DNA of 64,000 nucleotides. It comes from a virus. The notes below the pieces were generated by a model. It did not search any database. It was given only the letters and a program-made list of their open reading frames with translations, and had not been told where the DNA came from. The position numbers and the translations under genes are program-made. The stretch spans positions 8,918 to 72,917 of the IMG/VR virus record IMGVR_UViG_3300050821_003843; one strand, 5' to 3'. Positions 9,619-18,193 of the stretch are shown piece after piece. Positions within the stretch are counted from its first letter, which is position 1. Every line of letters begins with the position of its first letter.

Positions 9619-10179
9619 ATGTTAAGTACAGTTGAACGTCGGAACCGAGTTGTATTTCCTGAATTTACTGGTGAGAGGATCTACATGCGTGAATTCAGGC
9701 AGATAGATGGACTACCTAGGGGCTTGGAACGCTGGCAAGAAACAGTTGACCAGATGTTGCAGGGGCTGAGAACTGAAAAATCTATCTTCATCATGGTGGA
9801 TCAGTCAAAAGTGATCGAAGGGCAACCACAGCGTAGACCGGGCGTTCACATTGATGGAGTTTGGGTTGCAGGCCATTGGGACAATGGTGGGTGGAAAACT
9901 GGTCAACACGATACCGGGGGCCACAGATTCATACCAGAAGACAACCAGTTGATCCTACTTGCATCTGATGTACAAGGTTGCGCCGCTTATGTCGGTGAAT
10001 ATGACGGTACGCCGGGTGAGGGAGGAGATTTTCAGCATCTTGACCTGTCACAACTTCAGAAAACTGAGTTGGAACCGATGTACTGTTACGGAGGTAATGC
10101 GATGACGATGCTTCACGAGTCATTACCAATGAGGAAAACAGTAGATAGAACCTTAGTTCGTTTAAACGTGTCAGTCTAA
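9619..10179 (+). CDS. 2OG-Fe(II) dioxygenase-like protein
   Basis: RRPGVHID (HxD) ... HESLP ... RTLVRL. Confidence 0.55.
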   Translation: MLSTVERRNRVVFPEFTGERIYMREFRQIDGLPRGLERWQETVDQMLQGLRTEKSIFIMVDQSKVIEGQPQRRPGVHIDGVWVAGHWDNGGWKTGQHDTGGHRFIPEDNQLILLASDVQGCAAYVGEYDGTPGEGGDFQHLDLSQLQKTELEPMYCYGGNAMTMLHESLPMRKTVDRTLVRLNVSV

Positions 10180-10207
10180 TCCCACAGGAAAATAAAGGAA
10201 ACTCAAA

Positions 10208-10750
10208 ATTCCATTACCAACGAAAAAGAAACAACTGAGTGATACGATATTTTTGGGCATCGACCCCGGTACAGGTGGTGGATTAGCAGCGATCATGCCA
10301 GAAGGTGAAATCATCTACACACCGATGCCAGAAACAGAAATGGATATTTGGAACTGGTTTGACGAGACTATGAATAGTCATGGAGGTAGTTCACTTCCAA
10401 TCAAAGCCTTGCTAGAACGTGTATGGGCTGCGCCAATGGCTGGACGTAAGCAAGGTGGATCGAGTATGTTCACCTTTGGACAAAACTTTGGTTCGATGCG
10501 CATGGCTTTAACGGCAATCGGTGCAGAATGGGAAACACCAACGCCACAACAATGGATGAAGGGGTTAGGAATTCCAGTTGTCAAAGATGAATCACAACCA
10601 CAACGAAAGGAACGATTGAGGGGAGTTGCTCAAAAACTCCTACCCAAACTTGAACTATGGAAAGAGCCTCGATCATTGGGTAAACAACGCGCAGTCGCAG
10701 ATGCACTGTTAATCGCGATTTATTGTCAACGAAAACACAACGGTCTGTAA
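10208..10750 (+). CDS. RuvC-like Holliday junction resolvase (probable AUU start)
   Basis: IFLGIDPG..GG, LLERV, SMFTFG.NFG, PQQW.K, ADALLIA; in-frame TAA at 10193 with no canonical start before TTG 10253. Confidence 0.75.
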   Translation: MPLPTKKKQLSDTIFLGIDPGTGGGLAAIMPEGEIIYTPMPETEMDIWNWFDETMNSHGGSSLPIKALLERVWAAPMAGRKQGGSSMFTFGQNFGSMRMALTAIGAEWETPTPQQWMKGLGIPVVKDESQPQRKERLRGVAQKLLPKLELWKEPRSLGKQRAVADALLIAIYCQRKHNGL

Positions 10751-10770
10751 CTTCAACTAATAGGAACAAT

Positions 10771-11040
10771 ATGTCCAAAGTCCATAACGACGCATTGAAA
10801 CTGGAACTGAGTAAACTCACACGTGAGGATTTAGAACGATTTGCATTAGTCCAAACGATTGGAGCTAGTATTGCTGCTAGCTTGAGTCCATTACCAGAAA
10901 TGATGATCCAATACAGGGTTAAAGAGGTATTGGAAGATGAGGGATTTTCACATGATGAAATTGAACTCATGTCAGATGTTTCGACTCGTGTTCTAACTGC
11001 CGTGATGCACGCGGATAAACTCCATCAGAGGAGGAACTGA
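10771..11040 (+). CDS. Hypothetical protein
   Basis: AGGAACAA leader. Confidence 0.5.
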   Translation: MSKVHNDALKLELSKLTREDLERFALVQTIGASIAASLSPLPEMMIQYRVKEVLEDEGFSHDEIELMSDVSTRVLTAVMHADKLHQRRN

Positions 11041-11294
11041 TGAGTGTCTATTACATTATAAAACCTTTGAAGTGGAAAAAGGTTAGCTTTGTCGAGTCTG
11101 AGTCTTCTACACCGCAGGGTATCTACCATGCTAGGTTACTAAGTAAGGAATTGGCAGACGCTTTTATTGTGTCTGAAAATGGACGTGATGGCAGTACAAT
11201 TGGACATACTGCAACACTAGAAGGTGCTAAACATATGTGTCAATTGGATTGGGAAAACTACTTAGTCACAAACTACTTGGAGCGTGTAGAATGA
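11040..11294 (+). CDS. Hypothetical protein
   Basis: GAGGAGG RBS; IKPLKW..LEGAK..Q pattern common in phage ORFs. Confidence 0.5.
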   Translation: MSVYYIIKPLKWKKVSFVESESSTPQGIYHARLLSKELADAFIVSENGRDGSTIGHTATLEGAKHMCQLDWENYLVTNYLERVE

Positions 11295-11830
11295 CCCCGT
11301 GGCAGCAACACGTAGAAAAATGGAGTACTTGTACTGATTGTGATGCGTGTCGAAATAGGAACAAGGTTGTTCTATTTCGTGGTTCAATTCCGAACTCTAT
11401 CTTGTTTGTGGGGGAAGCCCCCGGACCAAGTGAAAATTCGATTGGTAAGGTGTTTTGCGGTCCGGCGGGCAAGCTACTCGATGAATTGATCGAAAAAGCG
11501 TTCGAAGGGCGGCAAAACGTAAAATACGGCCTTACAAACCTAGTAGCGTGCCTACCGCAAGGTGACGAAAGGCGTAAATTCGGTGAACCTACCGACGACT
11601 CGATAAAAGCCTGTCAACCCCGCTTGGTAGAATGTATTGAGTTGTGCCAGCCGAAAGTGATTATCGCGGTGGGTAAATTGGCGGAAAAGTGGTTGCCCAA
11701 AATCACCAAAGTCAAGATCGTACCAATCATCCACCCGGCAGCGATCTTAAGATGTGACTTGTCACAACGTGGATTAGCAGAATTGAGAACAGTTACAACC
11801 CTACGTGATGTTGTGGAGAACCTTAAATGA
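11291..11830 (+). CDS. Family 4 uracil-DNA glycosylase-like protein
   Basis: CxxC, LFVGEAPG.SE, F.GPAG.LL, TN.V.C.P, IHPAAILR. Confidence 0.85.
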   Translation: MTPWQQHVEKWSTCTDCDACRNRNKVVLFRGSIPNSILFVGEAPGPSENSIGKVFCGPAGKLLDELIEKAFEGRQNVKYGLTNLVACLPQGDERRKFGEPTDDSIKACQPRLVECIELCQPKVIIAVGKLAEKWLPKITKVKIVPIIHPAAILRCDLSQRGLAELRTVTTLRDVVENLK

Positions 11831-12039
11831 TGGAATCAGTGGCAACAGATTGTGTCCAACTGATCGAGGCAGTACCGCAAGATGGAACATACAAAGGAAG
11901 GTGGGGCGGTTATGTTGTGAGGTTTACAGACGCCAATGGAAATAACTTCACTGCGAAAACTGTTAAAGGGATCAGAACCATCAATAGAAAAGTGAGTGTG
12001 ATTGTTCAAGGTAGTCTTATCACAGTTAAGACAGATTGA
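11827..12039 (+). CDS. Hypothetical protein
   Basis: GGAG RBS; overlapping start. Confidence 0.45.
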   Translation: MMESVATDCVQLIEAVPQDGTYKGRWGGYVVRFTDANGNNFTAKTVKGIRTINRKVSVIVQGSLITVKTD

Positions 12040-12041
12040 CT

Positions 12042-12230
12042 ATGCCTCTATCAAACAAGCGTAAGGCTGAACTTGCATCGAAATCTCATGATAAACTGAA
12101 ATATGGTCAACGATTCGTCTGTCCGTCCTGCGGCGCAGTACATCACTTCGACAGTCATAATGGATGTTTCAATCCAAGGTGTGGTTACAAGGGTTGGTTA
12201 GAACCAGAAAAGAAGGAACAAGCAAAATGA
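12042..12230 (+). CDS. Small Zn-ribbon protein
   Basis: CPSC..CFNPRC. Confidence 0.45.
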   Translation: MPLSNKRKAELASKSHDKLKYGQRFVCPSCGAVHHFDSHNGCFNPRCGYKGWLEPEKKEQAK

Positions 12231-12577
12231 TTGAAAGAGACAAATGGGAATGGTTTGGAATGGCAGGCCATTATGTGTGTCGACATCAATGCCAATTCCA
12301 TCTATGTACGGTGATTGGCGATTACATGATCTCGTCTGTTGGCGCTCGGGTAGAAACTCAAAAGAGTAGGGACTGGGTTGATATCGGTTCAGAACGCAAA
12401 TTCGAGACAATGGTGTTCAAGCTAAACAACCAAGAACGTTGTGCCGCAGAAGGGTGCTTGTGTGAAATGCCAATTGATTGGGATGGCAATCAATTGGAAA
12501 CTAGATGTTGTAACACTCCCGGCGAGTGTCAGAAACACCACATGGAACTATGTTTGAAGTATGCACAATTACAATAG
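12227..12577 (+). CDS. Cys-rich hypothetical protein
   Basis: GAAGGAACAAGCAAA-ATG leader; FETMVF motif. Confidence 0.55.
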   Translation: MIERDKWEWFGMAGHYVCRHQCQFHLCTVIGDYMISSVGARVETQKSRDWVDIGSERKFETMVFKLNNQERCAAEGCLCEMPIDWDGNQLETRCCNTPGECQKHHMELCLKYAQLQ

Positions 12578-12584
12578 GAACACC

Positions 12585-13793
12585 ATGCCGAAAGCTATCC
12601 AAAAACCAAAGACTGAGTTAGGTAAGAAACTACAAGGGAAACTCAAGCCAAAACAAGCCTTATGGCAAGGTCCAGAAGACCCCGGACCAATGGGCGGTAT
12701 CACTCAATCCATACTAGGTCGTTATCCGGGGGGCTGTCCTGAGCGATTTCGATTGAAGTATGTTGAAGGGTGGGAACGTAAGCGTGTATTCGACCATAAG
12801 ATAGAATACGGTCACATGTGGCACTGCTGTGAAGAGGAATTAGCACATGGTGGGAGTATTAGTAGTTGTTTAGGCGAGTTGAAAGTCTACGTTAAAGGAC
12901 TTATGGACAAGTACCGATTCCAACAAGAGGAAATAAATCACTGGTATCAGACGTGTATGGTCCAATTCCCTATCTACGTTGAACATTGGAAAAAACAACC
13001 TGACGTGTTGAAGCGGACACCGTTGATGCAAGAACAGGTGTTTCATGTGCCATACAAATTGCCATCGGGGCGCGCGGTGTATCTACGTGGTAAATTTGAC
13101 TCGGTGGATTTAATTGGTGGTAAGGGCAGTGGAATTTACATCCAAGAAAATAAGACAAAGGGTGATATTGATTTTGAACAGATGAAACGTAATCTGACGT
13201 TCGAAATCCAAACAATGTTCTATGTCTGTGCATTACAAGCAATGAAGGATGATAGAGAACCACCAACAGCACATTGGCAAGAACAGCCGATTAAAGGCGT
13301 CAGATATAACGTTATCCGTCGTCCGTTCAGTGGTGGTAAAGGCTCGATTCGTAAGCATAAAGCCAAAACCACTAAAAAGGATGGTAACATACCAGAAGAA
13401 TCAGATGAAAGTTACTATGGTCGATTACGTGATATCATCATGGAACCACCCGAACAAGGGCAAGATAATTACTGGTTTGCACGATGGAAGGTTGAGATAT
13501 CAGCGGCCGACATTCAAGCATTCAAGACACAATTCCTTGATCCATGTTTAGAGAACTTGTGTAACGACTACGGATGGTGGAAAGTTGCTTACGAAACTGG
13601 TCTAAATGCGTTTGACAATAAGTCACGACATCTACACGAAGTATTTGGACCACGATTCAATTATCATTGGCGTCTACCATTTGGCGTCTATAACCAACTT
13701 ATGGAAACTGGATCAACTGACATGGATGAATTGTTGAATGGAAATACGGTCGGATTTCAACGCTCAACAACACTCTTCGAGGAACTGGCGTGA
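12585..13793 (+). CDS. PD-(D/E)XK (RecB/Cas4-like) exonuclease
   Basis: CPERF.L.Y, G..WH, EQ.F, LRGKFD, ENKT, Q..FY. Confidence 0.75.
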   Translation: MPKAIQKPKTELGKKLQGKLKPKQALWQGPEDPGPMGGITQSILGRYPGGCPERFRLKYVEGWERKRVFDHKIEYGHMWHCCEEELAHGGSISSCLGELKVYVKGLMDKYRFQQEEINHWYQTCMVQFPIYVEHWKKQPDVLKRTPLMQEQVFHVPYKLPSGRAVYLRGKFDSVDLIGGKGSGIYIQENKTKGDIDFEQMKRNLTFEIQTMFYVCALQAMKDDREPPTAHWQEQPIKGVRYNVIRRPFSGGKGSIRKHKAKTTKKDGNIPEESDESYYGRLRDIIMEPPEQGQDNYWFARWKVEISAADIQAFKTQFLDPCLENLCNDYGWWKVAYETGLNAFDNKSRHLHEVFGPRFNYHWRLPFGVYNQLMETGSTDMDELLNGNTVGFQRSTTLFEELA

Positions 13794-14128
13794 ATCAACC
13801 ATTTATGTATTATTGGATGGAACAGGCAGTAAGGCAGGTTGCTGAGTTTAAAGAAAACACTTTAAGAAGACTTTGTTGTGAGGCGTGGGGTTGTCATGCT
13901 GACGACGTAATTTGCATGGCTCCAAACCACAAACTGGAATTAGTAACCGAATCAGAAAATAAGGAATTTGAGATCGTCAAAATCGACGGTGTTTCTTACG
14001 GTTACTTTATGAGTTATTTCGATCCAATTCGCATGTTTCACGTAATTGAATTTAAGCAATCCTATTTTGGAGTATCTAATGCCCCCAAGTATCAAGAAAC
14101 AGATACCGACAGCAAACCCCAAACGTAA
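13790..14128 (+). CDS. Hypothetical protein
   Basis: GTGA overlap with the upstream gene. Confidence 0.45.
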   Translation: MNQPFMYYWMEQAVRQVAEFKENTLRRLCCEAWGCHADDVICMAPNHKLELVTESENKEFEIVKIDGVSYGYFMSYFDPIRMFHVIEFKQSYFGVSNAPKYQETDTDSKPQT

Positions 14129-14945
14129 AGTAGGTGGGTCAGTCGTCGATAGAATCGGTGAATATGATTTCGATCAGCCCGAAGGGATCAAGATCCTCAT
14201 CTATGGTAAAAGTAAAACAGGTAAGTCAAGGACGATTGCGACATTCCCCGGTCCGATATTATGGATTATATGCTCGGGCGGTAACAAGTCAGGTGAGTTA
14301 CGATCAATTCCATTGGAGCATCGTAAAAAGATCAAGGCAGTCACGGTTAATAGTTCAATGGAGGTTCGCACACTCATCGAACATGCACGTGATAGTGGAT
14401 TGTATAAAACCGTGGCATTGGATCACGGTACGGGTCTGCAAGATCGTGTGCTGGCTGAGATCTTAAAGGTTGATGAACTGCCAGCACAGATGAAGTGGGG
14501 TACAGCATCACGAGACCAGTATATGGACGCGGGTACTCAATGCCGTGAGTTGTTTCGGATGCTGTTATCACTCTCGTGTAACGTGGTGATTGCAGGTCAG
14601 GAACGTGCTCCAAAGGACGTAGGCGACGATAACGAGATGTTATTACCAACTGTGGGGGTCGAGTTGATGCCGTCACTTGCCGGGTGGTTACATCCAGCAG
14701 TGGACTTTATCGTACAGACGTTTAAGAAACAGAAGACGATTGTCAAAACCAGTAAGATTAATGGAAAGGATGTGAATATAGAGGTTGCTGTACCCGGTGC
14801 TGACTTCTGTTTAAGGACTGGACCACACGGAATCTATAATACTGGGTTCCGTACACCAATCGACAATGCGCCTGACTACATCGTTAACCCGAGTTACGAT
14901 AAGATCATGCAGATCGTGAATGGAACTTACAAAGGAACAAAGTGA
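14079..14945 (+). CDS. AAA_24/Sak4-like ATPase (recombination)
   Basis: ILIYGKSKTGKS Walker A, TVALD Walker B, NPSYDKI C-terminus; lies between the exonuclease and SSB. Confidence 0.8.
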   Translation: MPPSIKKQIPTANPKRKVGGSVVDRIGEYDFDQPEGIKILIYGKSKTGKSRTIATFPGPILWIICSGGNKSGELRSIPLEHRKKIKAVTVNSSMEVRTLIEHARDSGLYKTVALDHGTGLQDRVLAEILKVDELPAQMKWGTASRDQYMDAGTQCRELFRMLLSLSCNVVIAGQERAPKDVGDDNEMLLPTVGVELMPSLAGWLHPAVDFIVQTFKKQKTIVKTSKINGKDVNIEVAVPGADFCLRTGPHGIYNTGFRTPIDNAPDYIVNPSYDKIMQIVNGTYKGTK

Positions 14946-15118
14946 TGGATGAGCTAATTAGGAAAATGATAATTGACGTATTGAACAAAGAACTAAAAGT
15001 TGAAGTCATAACAACGACAGAAACTAACAGTGGTGATACTGATCTGAAAACACTGGTCAGGATTCGTTTGGGGGATGATTACATTGATGAAGATTTTGAC
15101 GTAACAACGATTGGATGA
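14945..15118 (+). CDS. Small hypothetical protein (not in ORF track)
   Basis: AAGGAACAAA leader; MDELIRKM... 57 aa fills the gap. Confidence 0.45.
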   Translation: MDELIRKMIIDVLNKELKVEVITTTETNSGDTDLKTLVRIRLGDDYIDEDFDVTTIG

Positions 15119-15189
15119 CGCTATGGAATTGGTGATTGTCTTAGGTGTTGGTGGTTTGATTATTTGGAACGCTTTACAAGGAGGAAATC

Positions 15190-15390
15190 ATGCTCGTGTT
15201 ATCAAGGAGTCCCGGTGAATCAATTCTTATTGGAGATAACATCAAAGTCACGGTCACGCAAGTTCGAGGAGACCATGTGCGTTTAGGAATCGAAGCACCT
15301 GAAAACGTGAAGATACTACGGAGTGAAGTACCTGACCGTGGTAAATTACCTGCCGAGCAGTGTGGTACAATTGAAGTAGGTAGCGAATAA
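15190..15390 (+). CDS. csrA: Carbon storage regulator CsrA/RsmA (GGA-binding translational regulator)
   Basis: MLVLSR..GESI.IGDNI.VTV..V.G..VRLGIEAP..V.ILR.E. Confidence 0.92.
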   Translation: MLVLSRSPGESILIGDNIKVTVTQVRGDHVRLGIEAPENVKILRSEVPDRGKLPAEQCGTIEVGSE

Positions 15391-15425
15391 CTAATCAGTT
15401 CAACAATTTAATGGAGCGAAATCGA

Positions 15426-16664
15426 ATGGCAGCGAAAGTGGCAGTCAGTGCGTTGGGTAAGAAACTTGGGGCAAAGCTGGATACAGCCGTCAAGGCGCAT
15501 CGTAATGATGAGACGAAGGTTGGAGGCAGGGGTAAACTCCCTGACTTCGACAACTACATTGCCCAATTGGTGGATATGAAGATCGGGTACTATGAAAAGG
15601 GGGACAACAAAGGAGAACCATTCTTCTATGCGGCTGGAGCAATTCAGTTTCCGAAAAAGGTCAACGTCAATAAGACGACGGTAGTGGATGTTGAAGGTCT
15701 AAGAACTCAATTTGGACCAGAACCGTTGTGTGATACAAAAAACTCAAAGGGTGAAGTTGTTACACTGGATATGCACGTAGCGAACGTGCTGAACTTGTTC
15801 CGTCTACTTGGCGTTGATACATCAGATGTTGGAGGGGACGATATAGAACCCACCATCGAAGTGTTGAAATCCCAAGCCCCCTATTTCCAAGTGAGTGTGA
15901 GTACCAGTGCAGCAACTACACAGTATCCTAACCCCAAGACATGGGAAAATTGGGGTAAGGCTTGTGAGTACACACCAGATGGGGATACAGGCGTGGTGGA
16001 TGGTACAGGTGAAGAATTAGGGGGTGAATCAACAGAAGAGGAAGTGCAGGAACAATCCAGTGATGTGCCATTCGGTGACGACATTGATGACTTGGTTGGT
16101 ACTGCTAATGGTGAGGATGAGGATGCAGCAGCAGACGCTCATGCGAAGTTGACCGAATTGGCGAAAGCAGCAGGCAAAACGCAGAAGGATATTGACAATA
16201 GTAAGAGTTGGGAACAGGTCGGTGAATGGTGCCGTGAGGGTCAAAATGAAGGTGAGGCAGACGATGCGGTTGACTATGATGCATTAGGCGCAGCAGCCGA
16301 TGGAGGAGACCAAGAAAGTGCCGATAAACTCGATGAATTGCGTCAAGCGGCTGATGTGAGTGATGATGATTTCAATTCGATGAGTTGGATCGAATTGGCT
16401 GCGCACTTGAGTACGCTTGAAGAACCAGCAGCAGAGGAAGAAACAAGTACAACGCCAGAAGTAGGACAAGTGTGGAAGTACAAGCCAATTGAACTGAATC
16501 CAAAAACTAAGAAGATGGAGAAATCAAAGGTAGCGAAAGAACATGAGGTACTGTCTGTTGTGGGGGAGAAGGTGACACTAAAGAACCTCGATACGAACAA
16601 GACACTACTGAATCCAGCCACGAAAAAACCACTACTGATCCCCTTCGAAGAACTCGAAGAGTGA
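15426..16664 (+). CDS. Putative ssDNA-binding protein with long acidic region
   Basis: OB-like N-terminal half, DVPF motif in an acidic tract; follows exonuclease and AAA genes. Confidence 0.55.
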   Translation: MAAKVAVSALGKKLGAKLDTAVKAHRNDETKVGGRGKLPDFDNYIAQLVDMKIGYYEKGDNKGEPFFYAAGAIQFPKKVNVNKTTVVDVEGLRTQFGPEPLCDTKNSKGEVVTLDMHVANVLNLFRLLGVDTSDVGGDDIEPTIEVLKSQAPYFQVSVSTSAATTQYPNPKTWENWGKACEYTPDGDTGVVDGTGEELGGESTEEEVQEQSSDVPFGDDIDDLVGTANGEDEDAAADAHAKLTELAKAAGKTQKDIDNSKSWEQVGEWCREGQNEGEADDAVDYDALGAAADGGDQESADKLDELRQAADVSDDDFNSMSWIELAAHLSTLEEPAAEEETSTTPEVGQVWKYKPIELNPKTKKMEKSKVAKEHEVLSVVGEKVTLKNLDTNKTLLNPATKKPLLIPFEELEE

Positions 16665-16666
16665 TC

Positions 16667-16785
16667 AGGTGGTTACGAAATGAAGTCGACTAGGTGTGCG
16701 AGCGGGGGAACCCCACTTGGGAAACCTAGTGGCAAGTGTAGCGTCGCAATGACTGGTACAATAAACCGACAAAGCCAGTCCACCT
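16667..16785 (+). ncRNA. Putative structured RNA 1
   Basis: AGGTGG/CCACCT closing helix; ACTAGGT/ACCTAGT, GGGG/CCCC and GACTGG/CCAGTC stems; no ORF. Confidence 0.4.
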
Positions 16786-16796
16786 AACCTTATAAT

Positions 16797-16882
16797 CCCT
16801 CTAACCGAGTTGCTAACTGCTGACCTAGTCTGATGGCATGTGGCAGGGTATTAAATGGACTTATTACAACTCGGTTAGGGGG
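16797..16882 (+). ncRNA. Putative structured RNA 2
   Basis: 16-bp closing stem CCCTCTAACCGAGTTG/CAACTCGGTTAGGGGG around a 54-nt interior. Confidence 0.5.
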
Positions 16883-16893
16883 TTTTGATAATG

Positions 16894-16939
16894 CCTCTCC
16901 GTGATTCTGGTTGTTTGTTCCTTCCCGCTTCACGGGGGA
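16894..16939 (+). ncRNA. Hairpin with loop antisense to the AAGGAACA RBS class
   Basis: TCTCCGTGA/TCACGGGGG stem with G-U pairs; GG/CC-closed loop TTGTTTGTTCCTT. Confidence 0.55.
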
Positions 16940-16976
16940 CCACTAGCTGACAGACCTAGGGCAAAAGTCTGTCGAC

Positions 16977-17082
16977 GGAGGTATGGCGAAACTGGTAGAC
17001 GCGACAAGATAAGGATGGTTCAATTCCGTCTGTAACTTATTTTGTAATGGATTATTTGTAGGTTCGAATCCTACTGCCTCCA
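16977..17082 (+). tRNA. tRNA-like RNA (Leu-type D arm, possible CAA loop) with an abnormally extended anticodon arm
   Basis: GGAGGTA/TGCCTCC acceptor; GCGAAACTGGTAGACGC D arm; GTAGG-TTCGAAT-CCTAC T arm; 10-bp plus 5-bp anticodon arm with a 5-nt bulge. Confidence 0.7.
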
Positions 17083-17083
17083 A

Positions 17084-17189
17084 TGAGACTGAATTCCACT
17101 TGAAGAGTACAGTGGTGAATTATCTAGTGCGTGGAAGGTCCATACGTTCTCAGCATGTCGTCTAGGTAATGCTGTAACCCACAGTCTCA
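17084..17189 (+). ncRNA. Putative structured RNA 3
   Basis: TGAGACTG/CAGTCTCA closing stem around three internal hairpins. Confidence 0.45.
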
Positions 17190-17229
17190 ATTTTCTTACT
17201 CCAACTCATGTTTTAGAAAGTGACACAAG

Positions 17230-18006
17230 ATGCTGACAGACAGACTTGAAGGGGTGACGGTATGCGTTGAATATTCTGATTTCCTACGTGAAACACTGCC
17301 GTACAATATGCGGCACTTTGACCGTTATTTGGTCATCACGAAGGAAGGAGACCATGATACGATTGGATTGTGTCGTAAACTTGGGGTGGATTATCTCACG
17401 ACTAACTTGATGACAAAGGGAGATCAGTTCGCTAAGTCACGAGGTATTGATTATGGAATCGCAAACCTGACTGGTGACGGTTGGGTCATTCATGTGGATG
17501 CTGACATCTGGCTACCTCCACAAACTCGACACCTGATTAGTCACGTTAGCTTAGACCCAAAATGTATCTACGGTATCGACCGGGTGAACTGTATTGGGTG
17601 GGACAACTGGAAAAAGTTTATCAGTATGGACCCTCACTTGGAAGAGGCACATCAGTTCTTATGGCATTGTCTGATTGTGCCACCCCCATTTCCACTAGGT
17701 GGTCGATTATCCTTTCGTGAGTATGGCGGGTATGTGCCAATCGGGTTCTTTCAAATGTGGCATCATGGACAGTGCCCCAAGCGTTATCCACTAAATCATA
17801 GTGGCGCAGAACGAACTGACGTACTCCATGCGTTACAGTGGGAACCAGAAAATCGTAGACTACTCCCTGAACTCGTGGCGGTTCATTTGGAATCAGAAAA
17901 GTCAGAACTGGGTAAGAACTGGAATGGTCGTAAGTCGATGAAGTTTGGACCACACCATCATCAACATGAGAAACATCACGAACACCATCAGAAGTATTGT
18001 GATTAG
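17230..18006 (+). CDS. GT-A-fold glycosyltransferase-like protein (paralog 3), His-rich C-terminus
   Basis: VCVEYSDFL, DAD, GFFQMW, HL..NWNGR shared with the genes at 904 and 1716. Confidence 0.65.
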   Translation: MLTDRLEGVTVCVEYSDFLRETLPYNMRHFDRYLVITKEGDHDTIGLCRKLGVDYLTTNLMTKGDQFAKSRGIDYGIANLTGDGWVIHVDADIWLPPQTRHLISHVSLDPKCIYGIDRVNCIGWDNWKKFISMDPHLEEAHQFLWHCLIVPPPFPLGGRLSFREYGGYVPIGFFQMWHHGQCPKRYPLNHSGAERTDVLHALQWEPENRRLLPELVAVHLESEKSELGKNWNGRKSMKFGPHHHQHEKHHEHHQKYCD

Positions 18007-18072
18007 GTAATTCCCTATTACCTAAATTGAGGTAATTGTCCTTTACCTTTTGTAGTTACTGACTGAGTAACT
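18005..18072. repeat. Tandem AGGTAA-N7-TTACCT palindromes plus AGTTACT-N5-AGTAACT
   Basis: 18005-18023, 18030-18048 and 18054-18072 read directly. Confidence 0.6.
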
Positions 18073-18080
18073 TTGATATT

Positions 18081-18183
18081 CGCTCCGTGGCGGAAGTAGA
18101 CGCACTCGACAGACTGAGACAGATGAGGAAGTGGTACAGATTCCACACGATCTGTAAATTGCTGGAAGATCCAGCCGGAGCGA
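18081..18183 (+). ncRNA. Degenerate tRNA-like RNA with large variable arm
   Basis: CGCTCCG/CGGAGCG acceptor; GCG-GAAGTAGA-CGC D arm; ACAGAT/ATCTGT long arm; GCTGG-AAGAT-CCAGC reduced T arm. Confidence 0.55.
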
Positions 18184-18193
18184 TTTTGAAATT

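Noticed and set aside
16820-16860. Hammerhead or twister core in structured RNA 2 (CTGATGG)
   Set aside because: Lacks a CUGANGA plus GAAA/UH arrangement; no ribozyme consensus could be fitted by eye
16894-16939. Minus-strand CsrA-decoy reading of the hairpin (GGA in loop)
   Set aside because: The G-U pairs form only on the + strand, and the flanking RNAs and genes are + strand
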